A stretch of 63,765 bases of DNA, filler included, from Klebsormidium nitens (GCA_000708835.1; 6 parts of 6 records of this genome joined end to end with filler, not necessarily neighbours in it), one strand, 5' to 3'. Positions 35,441 through 47,255 are shown, counted from the whole stretch's first letter. A program made the numbers and translations. The notes: generated by a model not told the origin, from the sequence alone.

Positions 35441-38087
35441 CTAGTTATCTTCCACGTATCTAGCCATGCCCCGCAAATGTTCCGCCCCTCTTCCCAACAG
35501 AGTGTTGACTAAGAACGGCGGAAGCAGGCCCCTCGGGTCCATGTGGACCGTAGAAACGAATCTCGTACTCTTTCCATCTTCGGACGGCTCGATCTGAGTG
35601 ATGCTGATTGCCATCTCGGCGCGCACGACCTTCGACGGAGCAGGGGGGTATGCAGGGTGTGCGATTGACATGGCTGCAAGCAAGACAAGGATTGAGGAGT
35701 TAGGGAGTCCTTCCTTTGCATAAACGTTGATGGCTGAACACAATGAGTCCTGGAACTTACGATGCAAAGGAAATTAAAGCAAAGTTCCTTAGAGGGAGAG
35801 GGGATGCACAAGCAACCACAGACACCATTGCAAAAAGCCTGCTGATTGACGCTTCAGCCGTTGATACAAGTTGCTGGGTTACCGACAGCCGGCTGAGCTG
35901 CCAGCACATCACGTGAGCTCGCTTGCTTCCTACCTTTCAAAAGCAAGGGCATGCTGACGGACATCAGGGAGGGCACAAGAATTGCACACGACGGAGAGCG
36001 CATAATCTTGAGATGGCCGGAACGCTGTTACAGCAGTCTAGCTCACACGGCCGCTCTGAGAGTGCATTAGGGCGTGAGCGGTTAGCCACCAGGACCGGAC
36101 TTGTAAGCCTAGGCCCCTGCTCTTGAGCTTGAAAGCACAGATCGGATCCATCGATCTGTTGAATTGACAAGATAGACAACGGACACAGTCTGGCCGCTTG
36201 GCCCCAGCCAATTTCCAAATTGTCCCATCCGCCTAACAAGAGCCAAGCAGTTACTCACCTGCCGTTGTGAAGTGCCCGGCCCTGTGCTCTGTTGCCCCTG
36301 TCTCGAGGTTCAGCACACCCTCCCACCGCATCGTTAGGAACACAGTATCCCGAGGATCAATCACTGGCAGCTCCGACTTGGCTGTTAGCACGCGCGCGTT
36401 CCCGTCTATCTCCTCGAGGATCCTAGACTTGACGTGCGGATTCCACTTTTGCCACAGGTTCATGTCGGCGTACACGGTCTGTACCTTGGAGGGGGGTGCC
36501 TTCACAGTGGTCTGCGAAAGGGAGGAGCATCAAACTTGTTCAAGACTACAATAGTACGCAGGAACCGCTTAGCTTCATAATGGCCGGCAAAAACATCCCT
36601 AGGTTACGGGGTTGGAAAGCAAGGATGTCAGGAATTTGAATAGGAACAACGTTTTCGAGACCTATTGTTGAGAAGAACGATGTAGGGAGGCCCCCACACA
36701 ATCCATGCTGTCAGCGAGTGAACTTTGGCCACGACTTACCTGATTCCGGACGCAAACGAAGGGGCTGTTGGGAACAGGCTGTACGGAGGTGACCACTCCG
36801 CCAGCGTTCTGCGTCTGGTGCCAAGTTGGTTCGGGAAGCCTCAAATATTCGAGTGTCCTCTTCAGAAGCTGCAAGGATAGAAGAACATCCTTCAGATCAC
36901 GGGTCCGGTATAAGTCAGACGCCGGATACATCTATTCTGGCACCCGAAACATTTAGTCGTCGACCAGTACATCCTTACACACAAACTCAAGGGGAATCAG
37001 CAGACCCACAGCAGTCTAACAGCCCTTGAATCTAAAGATGGCTTTTGATTTGCGCCCCTGGCAAACTCCTCCATTTAACATAGTCTCCAACTTTCCTGCC
37101 TTGTGCCCCCACAAGGGCCTGCTGATCATAAAGTTTCCGGGTTGTTGGCGACAGAATCCCAACCACAACCTTACTGCCCTTGTTTGCAATATCTCTGTCT
37201 CACCTCAGCTCGCAGGGAAGGATAATCTGGTGGCTTGACCTCGCCACTCTGCTTCTTCGCTTCATACTGTAGCGTAAGAACGTAAGTGTGACAGGCGGAG
37301 CAGACTCGCTGGGGTCCATTGTAGTTGAAGGTGGGGGGTAACGTGATGCGGCTGTCACTGCACTGCTGACACACCAGCTTCCCACACCCCCGACTGCAGC
37401 AGTGCATAAACGCATCAGCTGCTATTCATATGAGATTGCTCCTCTTGGGTGCGTTTGAAATAGAAAGAGCGATTGCAGACGCACTCAATCTGACTCCGAA
37501 GTCTGAGCGAGGTGCAAGCAGAGTGAAGCGAAGCGAACGGGATCATCTAAAAGCCGTGCAATGAATTACCCATGCCTCTGAGAGGAGAGTCAGGGATATG
37601 CGCTGAGCAAAGGACGCGCTTCAATCAGCACCAGACCTGTCACTGAATCATCAAATGCACTACGATGCTTACCAGTGATGCCGCCGGTGAAAGACAGTGA
37701 ACTCCCGGTTGCACTTTGTGCACGATTTTGAATCTGAATTTGCCTGCACACGGAGTGGTAAAAGGCATTTCACTTCTAGATCTGATGTTGAGTATCAGTG
37801 GACCGCCCTCATTAGCCAGATATACGGCAAAGCCGAGTACAAACTGGCTGATTCTTCTTTGCCAGAAGCTGGTCAAAGCACCGAGGAAAAAAGTTCTGAG
37901 TCGGGTACCTTGCACGCTACTACTACAACTGCCGGTATGACAAAGTAGCCTGATGTACTTTGTCAGAATTTGCATGCATGCGTCCTATGATGAGGCGAGG
38001 GCACTCTGCATGTGGATCTGGAAAGGTGGCCTTGCTCACCTGCCACACCGGCCTGTCCACCGCATCCTCATGAGTGGGGCCCGTCAT
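35441..38087 (-). CDS. FYVE zinc finger + START lipid-binding domain protein, spliced
   Basis: Exons join as PVWQ|ANSDSKSCTKCNREFTVFHRRHHC|RGCGKLVCQQCS...RVCSAC (FYVE). START-like segments follow: WQKWNPHVKSRILEEID, LPVIDPRDTVFL and HMDPRGLLPPFLVN. Confidence 0.85.
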
Positions 38088-38332
38088 CGTGCCCAGCCCC
38101 TGTGACTCAAGAGAGAACCTTACTTCCAAAGAGGGTAACCTTGGGTTAAACAGATCTACCCGGCACCCTGCTGATCAGACTGCGTCCGGCTGTGGTGTTC
38201 CAAAAAAATTGACAGACTTCCATTATTAAAGGTTTCACCAAGTCGAGCAGACTTGATGTCTGAACGTGAGCGCCTTCCTCTTCCTTTGGACACCCTTCAC
38301 AGTTCACTTGCTTCAGGCTACGGTACCGGTAT

Positions 38333-38606
38333 ACCGTAGTANNNNNNNNNNNNNNNNNNNNTTCCAACAATCCGACCAGGAAAGCGGAAATATTTATGCG
38401 GATTCCGACAACAATCCGAATGCCCTATGTTCCCAGTAAGGAGGGGATTTGAAGGCTAATTCTGGCGTTTTAGGGCTTCCGAGGACCATTCTAAAACTAT
38501 TTAACCTTTCCGAATTTCCACTTTCCGAATGAGAAACCCGAATTTCTGACTTTCCGAATGCAAATAATTATTTATTTATTCGGATCATTACTTTGGACTA
38601 CGGGTA
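38333..38606. mobile_element. Probable related MITE, 5' end cut by a small gap
   Basis: Starts TACCGTAG and ends ACTACGGGTA. It shares the subterminal block actttccgaatgcaaataattatttatttattcgga with the adjacent MITE. Confidence 0.5.
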
Positions 38607-38608
38607 CC

Positions 38609-38934
38609 TACCGTACGACCAAGGTATGATTCCGAATGCTCAAAAAAAGCAATTATTTTAGCGAATGCGAGCCCAAATCATGTATTATTTTCCACTTTCC
38701 GACCCTAAATCCGAATCGCCTAAAGGTACCCCGGTACCCTTATATTTGAGGCTTTTAACGTGTGCCGGTACGTACCGTTTAGTCATGGGGCCTTTGCAAT
38801 CACTTTCCGAACGGAATTTAACAGCTATTTTCGGTTTCCGAAAAAGCAGAATCCGACTGCTTATCGGGAGTTTCCAACTTTCCGAATGCAAATAATTATT
38901 TATTTATTCGGAATCATACCTTGGTCGTACGGTA
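38609..38934. mobile_element. MITE with 29-bp perfect terminal inverted repeat, TA-flanked
   Basis: taccgtacgaccaaggtatgattccgaat (38609-) is the exact reverse complement of attcggaatcataccttggtcgtacggta (38906-38934). Confidence 0.85.
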
Positions 38935-39204
38935 TTTCGGAAGCGGGTAGCAGCCACCAGGTGGTCTTGCCTGGCCGGTCTCTTCAAGTTCTGTTCGTCT
39001 TCCTTGACATCGTAATTTTAATACACTAGATTTCATCGCATTCGACAGACAAAGTTTCGGCTATTCATTCGTGCAGTGATCTGTGCTTGGATCCAACGTG
39101 GATTCAACTTCGTCGTCGAACAAATCACTGCACACAAAGCTGGCTGACTATACCTGGATTTTGGCCGGCGTGAGACGACTACCGTACTACCTACGACTAC
39201 CTAC

Positions 39205-39413
39205 TACCGTACCAATTGTCCGGTTGGGCAACAATTAAATATTCTTTGACTTGCCCAAAAATCTGAATTAAGAATAAATTCCAATTAAAGATTTGCAAGT
39301 CTTTTTGCCCCGTAAAAAAACAAATAAATGGATAAATGAAGCTGCCCAAAATCCATGAGATACGAAATTAATTATTGGGCAAAAATTTGCCCAACCAGAC
39401 AATTGGTACGGTA
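39205..39413. mobile_element. MITE with a terminal inverted repeat of about 27-30 bp, TA-flanked
   Basis: taccgtaccaattgtccggttgggcaa pairs with ttgcccaaccagacaattggtacggta with one mismatch. Confidence 0.8.
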
Positions 39414-39598
39414 GTACTAGCATCATCTCCCCCTGGCGCAAAACGTACAAAACTTGTGAACTCCTTTCGAAATTTCGGACGCGGACGGTCTCTGCCCGGN
39501 NNNNNNNNNNNNNNNNNNNNNNNNNNNNNNNNNNNNNNNNNNNTTAATTAATTAANNNNNNNNNNNNNNNNNNNNNNNNNNNNNNNNNNNNNNNNNNN

Positions 39599-40592
39599 NG
39601 CTCATAATGAACTTTATCTGGAACATGTCCATTGTTCCTCCAAGCATTCTCATGCGATCCGCCTCCGAAGCTGCTTCGTGCTTAGTTGTTCCCACCATGA
39701 AGCCCATGGCGGCCTCTCTCTCGTTAGCATTCGGTTCCTCAAGTTGGCCCGTCTCCGTGTTAAGGAGAAGGCTATGCCCATTGTTGCGGTAGGCATGTGA
39801 TCCTCGTACGGTAACGAAAGTTGAGAACGCGCGAAGTGGCTTGCCGATCTCATTTACAACATAATTTCCTGGCACCGACTCGTGTCCCGCGAGTTTTGCT
39901 TCATGTTGTGGCTCAATGATGTCGCTCACTGATTGTGTGGGCACACAGTTTTCAAACGTATGTGTGACCATGTGTCCTACTAGCGCGGCTGGTATGCCAT
40001 TTGTCCAGAATCGACCGTGTCGATGTGCATACGAGCCGACGGCCACTGCATCAAAGGCCACACCGTGGCCTAGGATGCTTTTTACGATGTGGTTATATTC
40101 ATGCGCAATTTGTGAGTCGCGGTGGTCTGTCGCGTCGACATTTTCAAATAACCCTACACATGGGCCATGTTGGTTATAGACCCAATGTATTATCTCTACG
40201 CATGTATAGAAAAGACTTGTCCGTGTATCGCGGAGCCCAAGGGGCTTCGTGGCTGCGGATGAGAATCCCTGGCACGGAAATCCGGCAACTATAATGTCTG
40301 GAGGTTCCAAGACAGCTATATGCTGCGCGGTAATGTCCGCTATATCGTGTGGTAATGGGTTGTGACAATTGGCGATAGCATCCATTGTTATCAGATGTGG
40401 AAACAATTGGCTGAGTATAACCAATCGTTGGGTTGCCACTTGCCGACAGGTTTCGTCAATTTCACAGGCATATATTTTGCGAATCTTTACACCTGCGCGG
40501 ACAAGCGCTTCAGTTGCCGCGCACAGTCCAGAACAGAGTTCAATGACCACTATGCCTAGGTTGTTTACAGCTGTTTGTTTATGGATGTCCAC
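39599..40592 (-). CDS. C5 cytosine DNA methyltransferase domain of the retroelement, 3' end truncated by the gap
   Basis: Motif I VIELCSGL, ACEID, motif IV VAGFPCQGFS, motif VI FENV, motif VIII-like AHRHGRFWTN, motif IX-like EREAAMGF and motif X-like LGGTMD occur in canonical order. Confidence 0.9.
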
Positions 40593-40866
40593 AAAATTTG
40601 GATCCAGCGAAAAGGTTAAAAAAAGATTCTTTTTTTGAGCAATGGAGATCCGTGTCTAGATGCTAACAGAATTGCCGGCTCCGGCGGCTCTGTGAGGCTG
40701 CGTATGCTACGCTGAAAGCTAGCTATGACGCTCTGGGTGTCTAACTGATCCCGAAATTCTAACTGAAGCCGGACGGCTCGCTCGTCATGCGCCGCCTGCG
40801 GCGCCGGGACAGGTCCTGTACACAGGTGCTGGAAAGCCAATGGCGGTCTGGAGGCTCGTGGGCCCG

Positions 40867-41871
40867 TCACTCGCGCTGCATTACTTTATTAATTCGTGAA
40901 CTGGTTGCGAAGCTGAGCCCTGAGTTGATGAGATCAACGTTAAAAATGGCTGGCAGCTCTGCGGATGGAGCGTTCTCTTCCCACCACCTGTAATAATACG
41001 TGAGAGTTTGAGTGTATGGATTGGACGTGAGTCCAATCCGCCCAATAACGCTCATGCCAATTAAAGTTTCACGTGTCTGCGATGGAACTATAGTTATCTT
41101 GACTTGCACTGTTGTGGCCGCAGACGTGCCTGGATTGATAGAGATCTCGGCTGTGTCCCAGTTTCTGTCCACTGGTGCCGTCGTGACCGCATCTGCAGTA
41201 ATCAAACTAATTGCTTTGCGCTGGTGCATCTCTGCGTTAATTCCTAACTTTTTGGCTGTCCAATTGGAAATGATAACACTCTCGCAGCCAGTGTCGATTA
41301 TCAACCACTCCAAAGCCACGCCGTTGATCAAAAAGGCTGGGTTGGGTCCAGAGTTGTCAATTCTGGGTGCGTGGTGAAATCCCGCTAGTCTGTCTGCGTG
41401 ATTAGTATATGTTAATTTGTCCATGGTGAAAGAGCTACCTGGGCGCAGAGCATATTGTAGTGATTTCGCATGTGTGTGAGCCAAATTGGCTTGTTCCACA
41501 GGCAAATCACAGAAAGCCAACGGGGGAGCGTAAATCATGTGCCGGATGGCTGTGGGCTGTTTAATTTCGCACCAAGTGTAGTGACGGTAGACACCTGACG
41601 CAGTGGCATGTAAAAATTGTGACGCCAGGCACAGTCTCATAAACAGGGCCACAGTCTGCCAAGCATTTTGGAACTCCAAAGTGAGTTCTGCTCCTGGCTT
41701 TGATTTAAGAAAGTTGTAAACCAAAGGTTCTGGTTCGAGAAGCCAATGGGACTGAACCAAAAGGTCTAATCCCTGTCCCAACATTTTTAAGGATTCACAC
41801 GGAAGGTTGTGCGCTGACGTCCAATGGAACTCTAGCACCACTCCTTCCGTTAATTCCAGAAGTTGGTTCAC
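40867..41871 (-). CDS. Retropepsin-like aspartic protease region
   Basis: FLINGVALEWLIIDTGCESVIIS..AKKLGI and the downstream LIGMSVIGRIG match the D(T/S)G...(I/L)LG retropepsin pattern. Confidence 0.85.
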   Translation of the reverse strand: MNQLLELTEGVVLEFHWTSAHNLPCESLKMLGQGLDLLVQSHWLLEPEPLVYNFLKSKPGAELTLEFQNAWQTVALFMRLCLASQFLHATASGVYRHYTWCEIKQPTAIRHMIYAPPLAFCDLPVEQANLAHTHAKSLQYALRPGSSFTMDKLTYTNHADRLAGFHHAPRIDNSGPNPAFLINGVALEWLIIDTGCESVIISNWTAKKLGINAEMHQRKAISLITADAVTTAPVDRNWDTAEISINPGTSAATTVQVKITIVPSQTRETLIGMSVIGRIGLTSNPYTQTLTYYYRWWEENAPSAELPAIFNVDLINSGLSFATSSRINKVMQRE

Positions 41872-41932
41872 AGCATTATTTGCGCGCTAGTGAACCCGAC
41901 AGAAAATGTAGGTTCGGACAGAATGGGTTCTT

Positions 41933-44539
41933 CTATGTTGACCTGTGCGCACAGGCCCGTTCGGGTGGTGTTTTGACTTGATGGGCTGTGCGCAAGTTTG
42001 TCGATTTTTCAATGAAGACATCTTGCGCAGCTACTCTTTCCTGATCAACAACATTTACCAGGTCGTACGGGTCGGTGGGCTTGCTGCGGTGGGCCAGAAC
42101 CTGAGGCTCGCTGCTGTTGCTGCCGTTGCCGTCGCTGGAGGACTTCTCCGGGGACGCGGGCGCCGGCGGTTGACGGGCGACAGGGCCTTCCTCAGGGTTC
42201 ATGTTGGCCAGCTCGGTAGTCTTCGCAGGTCCAGGTCGCCGCAGCTTCTTCAGGGTCTGGCGGACGTCCTGTCCGCCCTTCTCTGGGTGCTTGCGCAGCC
42301 GGGTCTTGTCTTGGCGGACATAATGTCCGCCCTTCTGCTTCTTGAGGGGGAGGGATCCCCCTGCGTCCTCGGTGGTGAGGCGCTGGCGGCGGTGCGCCTT
42401 CTTGCGCTCCCGGAGCTCGTTCAGCGCCTCCGCATCGGTGACCGGCGGAGGAGACTGCTCCTGGGGTGCGGGCGGCGGCTGGGCCCGGTCCCGCTTGCGC
42501 TCCCTGCGCAATGGTGGAGGCGCAGGCTGCGGGGAAGCCTCGTGAGGTGGCGAGGGAACCGCGAGTATTGGCTCAGGCCCTCCCAGGGTGTCAGGTCCTG
42601 GGTCGGGGCGGTTCTTCTTCTTCCTCTTGGGCAGCTCCGTGGTGGCTGCCGTGCCTTGCGGCCGCATGCGGGTGTCAGGTCCCGGCTGGCGCGGCGGGAG
42701 GATGGCCCGAGGCTCTCCGGGATCAGCCTGGTTAGGGGGCTGATCCGCCGGAGCCTAGGGAGCAGGCTGCACGGAAGTGGTGCGAGCCTGGGCCGGCGGC
42801 GTCGTGGTGGCCGCTGGCTGGTCCTGGTTCTGCGCAGGGGCTGGTGTGGCCGGGGTCTGCGCGACGGGGGTTGGCTGCGCGCCTGGTGCAGGAGCGTGCA
42901 GGTCGAGGTTCTGGTTGTCCTGTGGCTGCACAGAGGCCTCGTGGGCCAGGGCCTGTGCAGCCGGGGAAGGGGATGCCTGCGCAGGGGCCGTGTCTGTGGC
43001 CGGGTTATGCGCAGGGTTAGGAAGGACGGGAGACGGTGAGCGCTGCCGGGGGCCGGTGGGCGAGTCGTTGAGGCCCGCAGTCTGGTCCTCGGCGGCGTCA
43101 TTTGCGGGGTCTGCGTCCGCGCCTGACAGGTCCGGGATGGCGTTGTCCGGGCCAGTGTTGTCCTGGACGTTCGCCTCCTGCCCCTCACCATCAGAGGCGG
43201 CGGTTTTCTGGGCCGCAGCCTCGGGGTTGATGGCAGCCGGCGCGTTCTGCACATCGGCGGGCTGCGGCTGAGTGGTGTCGTCGGCGGCCTTGGCGATGGC
43301 CTTGTACGCCTTGTAGAAGTCGGCGAGCTCCTTGACGTTGATGGACGGGCCAGAGACGTCCGTCGCGGCGCCAATGAGCTCCTCCAGCACGTTGAGCTGC
43401 GTGCGGCGCCGCTTGGGCTTCTTGGGGGCGGGGGCCGCATCGTCCTTGTGCCGCTTGACGTAGTCCGCCTGGGCCTGGTCCACCTCCTTAATCCAGGCCA
43501 GGCACCGGTCCATCTGCTGCCTGTCCTGCATGCGCCAGTGGTGGCGGTCCAAGGCCACGATGACCTTGTCCACCTTGGCCATGCCCTTCAGCTTGTTCTT
43601 GCCGGCAAGGACGCGGCAGTTTGCGAGGCAGACGTAGGACCGGATGATGTCATTCTCGTACTGCTCCGCTCTCCGCCAGAACTTGGGCTCGAGGGCAGTG
43701 TCGTGGATGTAATGAGTGCGGCTCCAGGGGTCGAGGGAGTCCATGGCCGTGCCCAGCCTGCGGTCTGCAGGGTCATAGGGCCGGCCCGTCAGGCACTCCT
43801 TGCGGAAAGCTTCGTACTGGGGGGAGGTCAGGGAAAGGCTCCCGGGCGGGAGATCCTCCGGTTCTGCAGACGTGGACAAGTCACATGAGTTCCCGGAGCT
43901 GGTTGACTTTGAGTCTGTTGACGTTGTGAATTCGCTGGATCCCAATTCTGCCGACTCCTCTGGGCTGCTCTCCCGTGACGATGGGGAATAGAGCTCCCCA
44001 GACCCGGATGACTCGCTATTGCTCTCTGTTTCAGTGGGCTCGTCTGGAGTTTCTTCCGAGTCCCTGCTGGAACTTGAAACAGATCCCTTCGTGCTAGTGC
44101 TAGCTGAAATTTCCCCCTGGCTAACGTTCTATAAAACCTCTGGCTCAGGGACATCAATGATTTGCGAGTCTGCAGCCAGAGCTAATGCAATTGGGACACC
44201 CGTTTGTGATGGTGAACCCATGGCATTTTCCGCGTTTACGACAGGCTTCTGCTGGCTGATGCTAGCATTTTCCTGTGCATTGCTGATTTGAGAGTTTGGT
44301 GCCTGCCCACCTTCAGCTTCCGCGTCTCCTGCATCCTGCGGAACTTCCTTGGTCAGGCCATTGCGCGTCTCCCCCTGAGGGCGCAAGTCTCGCACCACCC
44401 GGGCTTGGTGCCCGCTGTTTGCTGTGGTTGCCATGGTGCGGGGCCGTTGCGGGGAGATGACTTGGTGGGCAGGGCTGTGCTTCAACTCTGCTGGGGGGTC
44501 CAACAGAAAAGTGGCTGATGGGTCAGCCAGCTGCAGCAA
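41933..44539 (-). pseudogene. Long low-complexity ORF of the retroelement with a central helical domain; single frame broken by TAGs at about 44129 and 42755
   Basis: ORFs 44539-44129, 43945-42755 and 42667-41933 share one frame, and the reading continues across both TAGs. Confidence 0.6.
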
Positions 44540-45828
44540 GTTTGAAGGGCTGGGTAGAATGCTCTTTCCTTGAATGCCCGTGGAAGTATATCCAGTGAGG
44601 CCTAGCCGCGACTAGTGAGCTGACTAGGCTTGGTGGACTCCATGTGATGCAGAATCTTTTCAGAGCCAATGGTTGGCTGTTGGTCGACTGCAAAGTCGAC
44701 GTTCCCTAGGCTTAATGCTGGATTGTCAGATATCTCGTCGCTTGAAGTGACTTGACATGTGACATTAGGGCTGTTCGTGCATGGGTTAAGCTCAGTCAGG
44801 CTGGCACGAGCTGCCCTTTCTGACTGAATGGGTAGAGAGTCTGATCCTGTTGGACATCCAGTGACTGCAGCTGGAGTGACCACAACTAGTGCGGGCTCCT
44901 TCGGCGCAGTCCGTTGATCCAGAGTCAGAACTTTCTGACTCAGACTCTGAGCCAATGGCAGTGTGAGGTGACGAACTTGACCCCGTAGGTCTAGGAGTCA
45001 TAGTTGCCAGTCTGGCCACTTGAGTGGCCTGGTCTTCTGGTGATAGGGTATGAAACCCAAAATCATAACCGCGTGGGTCAGCCTTTAACACAGTTTGGAA
45101 TGATCTGGATGTGGATTCTTGTAACTGTTGGATTTGGATCGGCAGGTGGTGTCCTCGGACGTCCGATCCATTGTAAATCAGCCGGATCCTCCCAGTATTC
45201 GTAATTTCTGTGATGTGTATTGGTTATGATGGGGGGGAGTTTATCCAACTCCTCCAATTCTTTTGTCATTTTAATGCTTCGTGCACGTCGTTCATCCTCC
45301 TCTTTGTTACGTTGAGCGTCAGTTCTGCGCTGGTCTTTTGGTACATGATATGGCAACTGTTGCTCTTCTTCTTTTGCGATTTCTAAGGATCGAAAAGTGT
45401 CAGATTTCTCAGTATAATTAACGGTATTTGTGTGTCCCTCCCCCTCGCATTGGAACGAAATTTCTCAATCTCTTCATGCGGTCGAAAGCTCAACGGCATG
45501 TCGGGATTGCGTCTGAGGAATTGAGTTTCAGTGCGTTTTCGGGAATACTTTCGCTCGGTGTGTTTTCGTGCGCGTTGTTTGGTGATGGTGGCTGGCGCTT
45601 TGGGTGACAACTTCCGTTTTTGATGTTCCCGTTTGGCTGCCTTTGCTTGTATATGATCACTTATTTTATTTTCCAAATTGGTAAGATCAAATTCAAGTTG
45701 CTCGATTACATCTAGTTTTTTTATTTCGCATACGCGCGCTTCCTTCACATGTGAGGGCAAGGGATTTTCAGACTCTATTTCCTTGCGACTGGCAGGACTT
45801 GAGCTTCGTGAGGAATACGATTAGATAT

Positions 45829-46311
45829 TTAATGACGTTTCTCATATTCTTTCCATAATTCTTTCTTTAACTTGGGGTCGGTTATGCCCCTGGATGTCCG
45901 TCGGTTGTGTTGTGCCGCGGAACTCCGTGTAGTTTGGTTTCTAGGCTTATTAGCCAATTCCGGATGCATTGCGATGCATTGTGATGCATCATGGGTATTC
46001 AATTTATGATGGGTGCACCATGGTTTTCCAGGTATGCGTTGATTGATTCGACCATTGGTCATGGGCCGATTTGGGCATTGGGCCGCTTGATGGCCCGGTT
46101 GTCCGCATCTAAAACATGGTCCTGGCTGAAATGAAGCTGGGATGTTCTGAGCTGTTTTAGCACATGTTTTATTAGTACTTCTACAATTGGAGGCAGTATG
46201 CCCCAGTCGTCCACAATTAGCACACTTAGGCTTCTTAGTGTTATACTTATGGTCACTCTTAGAATTGCTAGGACTAGCGGACCTATGTGAAGTGATTGTC
46301 TTAGGATTCAA
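45829..46311 (-). CDS. Gag nucleocapsid region with two CCHC zinc knuckles and a further Cys/His motif
   Basis: CANCGRLGHTASNC, CFRCGQPGHQAAQC and WCTHHKLNTHDASQC. Confidence 0.85.
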   Translation of the reverse strand: MNPKTITSHRSASPSNSKSDHKYNTKKPKCANCGRLGHTASNCRSTNKTCAKTAQNIPASFQPGPCFRCGQPGHQAAQCPNRPMTNGRINQRIPGKPWCTHHKLNTHDASQCIAMHPELANKPRNQTTRSSAAQHNRRTSRGITDPKLKKELWKEYEKRH

Positions 46312-47255
46312 TAGCTTCTTTTGATTAATCGATTTTCTCTAATTTCTCGGCTTCCGATCTTAAACAATTCTACTGTCCAAGTACTAATATCTTCATACTG
46401 AAACTGTAACTTAGTTCTAACTTTAGACTGTATATTCCACGGCAAGGCATTGAGCAGCTTCTCAGCTGCCCGTGTCTGTGGTTGTTTTAGGTCTAACGCT
46501 AACTTAGACATCCTCTGACTAGCGGTTGCAATGGACTCATTCTCTTCAACCTTGAAGTCTCCATAAGCTTGGATCTTGGCGGCGGAATCCTTCGGGTAGG
46601 CCTGCAATAGACAAGTCCAAAGTTCAGTAACCGGATTTCCAAGAAAATCAGTAACCAATGGAGGTTCAGGTGGCAGAGTGGGTCTGGCATTCGAGCCGCG
46701 TTGTTCTGCTGTCTGGGCATCCCAGGCAACAATAGCTTGTTCAGCGGTAGTCTTATCCCTGATGTAATTGGATTGCAATGATTCATTATGTTTGACTAAG
46801 TCCTCTTCCTTTTCTGTTAAGAGTGTTAGACAAAGGTCGTGGGCTGCGCCACCAGTTCTGGACATGATAACATGGAACTTGTCCGTGGATGTTAGCCTGT
46901 CAAAACCTGCTTGCAACTTGTGTGTGGCTTCCCATGCTGAGTATGTTGAACGCAGGTTGTCCAGAGTGACAGATGATTTTGTCTCTCCGGTAAACTTCTG
47001 ACTAAACGAATCCAAGTCTTTCAGTGCTGTTGTGACGGAGGCCACTGACTGAGAGTCGGCTGAATCCAAAAGTTCAGAAGTATCGGTGTCCTGAGTGGTA
47101 GCAGAAAGCTCACCTCCTACAACACGATGTTGTCGGTGTGACCACTGGACAAAAGGTTGTCGTGGCCCTTCGTTCCTGTATGAAGAACGTTGGGCGTAAG
47201 GGTTCTGAAGGTTTCTGCGGAGATGGTATCCGCCTTCAGTTCCTGGATCGAACAT
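46308..47255 (-). CDS. Gag capsid-like region, frameshifted relative to the knuckle ORF
   Basis: The intronless ORF lies directly upstream of the knuckles. FKVEENESIATASQRMSKLA...KLLNALPWNIQSKV resembles the retrotransposon Gag C-terminal pattern. Confidence 0.6.
   Translation of the reverse strand: MFDPGTEGGYHLRRNLQNPYAQRSSYRNEGPRQPFVQWSHRQHRVVGGELSATTQDTDTSELLDSADSQSVASVTTALKDLDSFSQKFTGETKSSVTLDNLRSTYSAWEATHKLQAGFDRLTSTDKFHVIMSRTGGAAHDLCLTLLTEKEEDLVKHNESLQSNYIRDKTTAEQAIVAWDAQTAEQRGSNARPTLPPEPPLVTDFLGNPVTELWTCLLQAYPKDSAAKIQAYGDFKVEENESIATASQRMSKLALDLKQPQTRAAEKLLNALPWNIQSKVRTKLQFQYEDISTWTVELFKIGSREIRENRLIKRSY

Larger units (their letters stand above)
39599..47255 (-). mobile_element. Decayed LTR-class (Ty3/Gypsy-like) retrotransposon carrying a C5 DNA methyltransferase; RT/RH/IN presumably lie in or beyond the gap
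   Basis: Minus-strand order is gag, CCHC knuckles, long unknown ORF, DTG aspartic protease, DNMT. No introns; several stops and frameshifts. Confidence 0.8.

Noticed and set aside
41945-43440. Long alternative-frame and antisense ORFs (364, 339 and 164 aa) in the retroelement
   Set aside because: These are stop-poor frames expected in very GC-rich sequence; the 43945-41933 frame explains the region.
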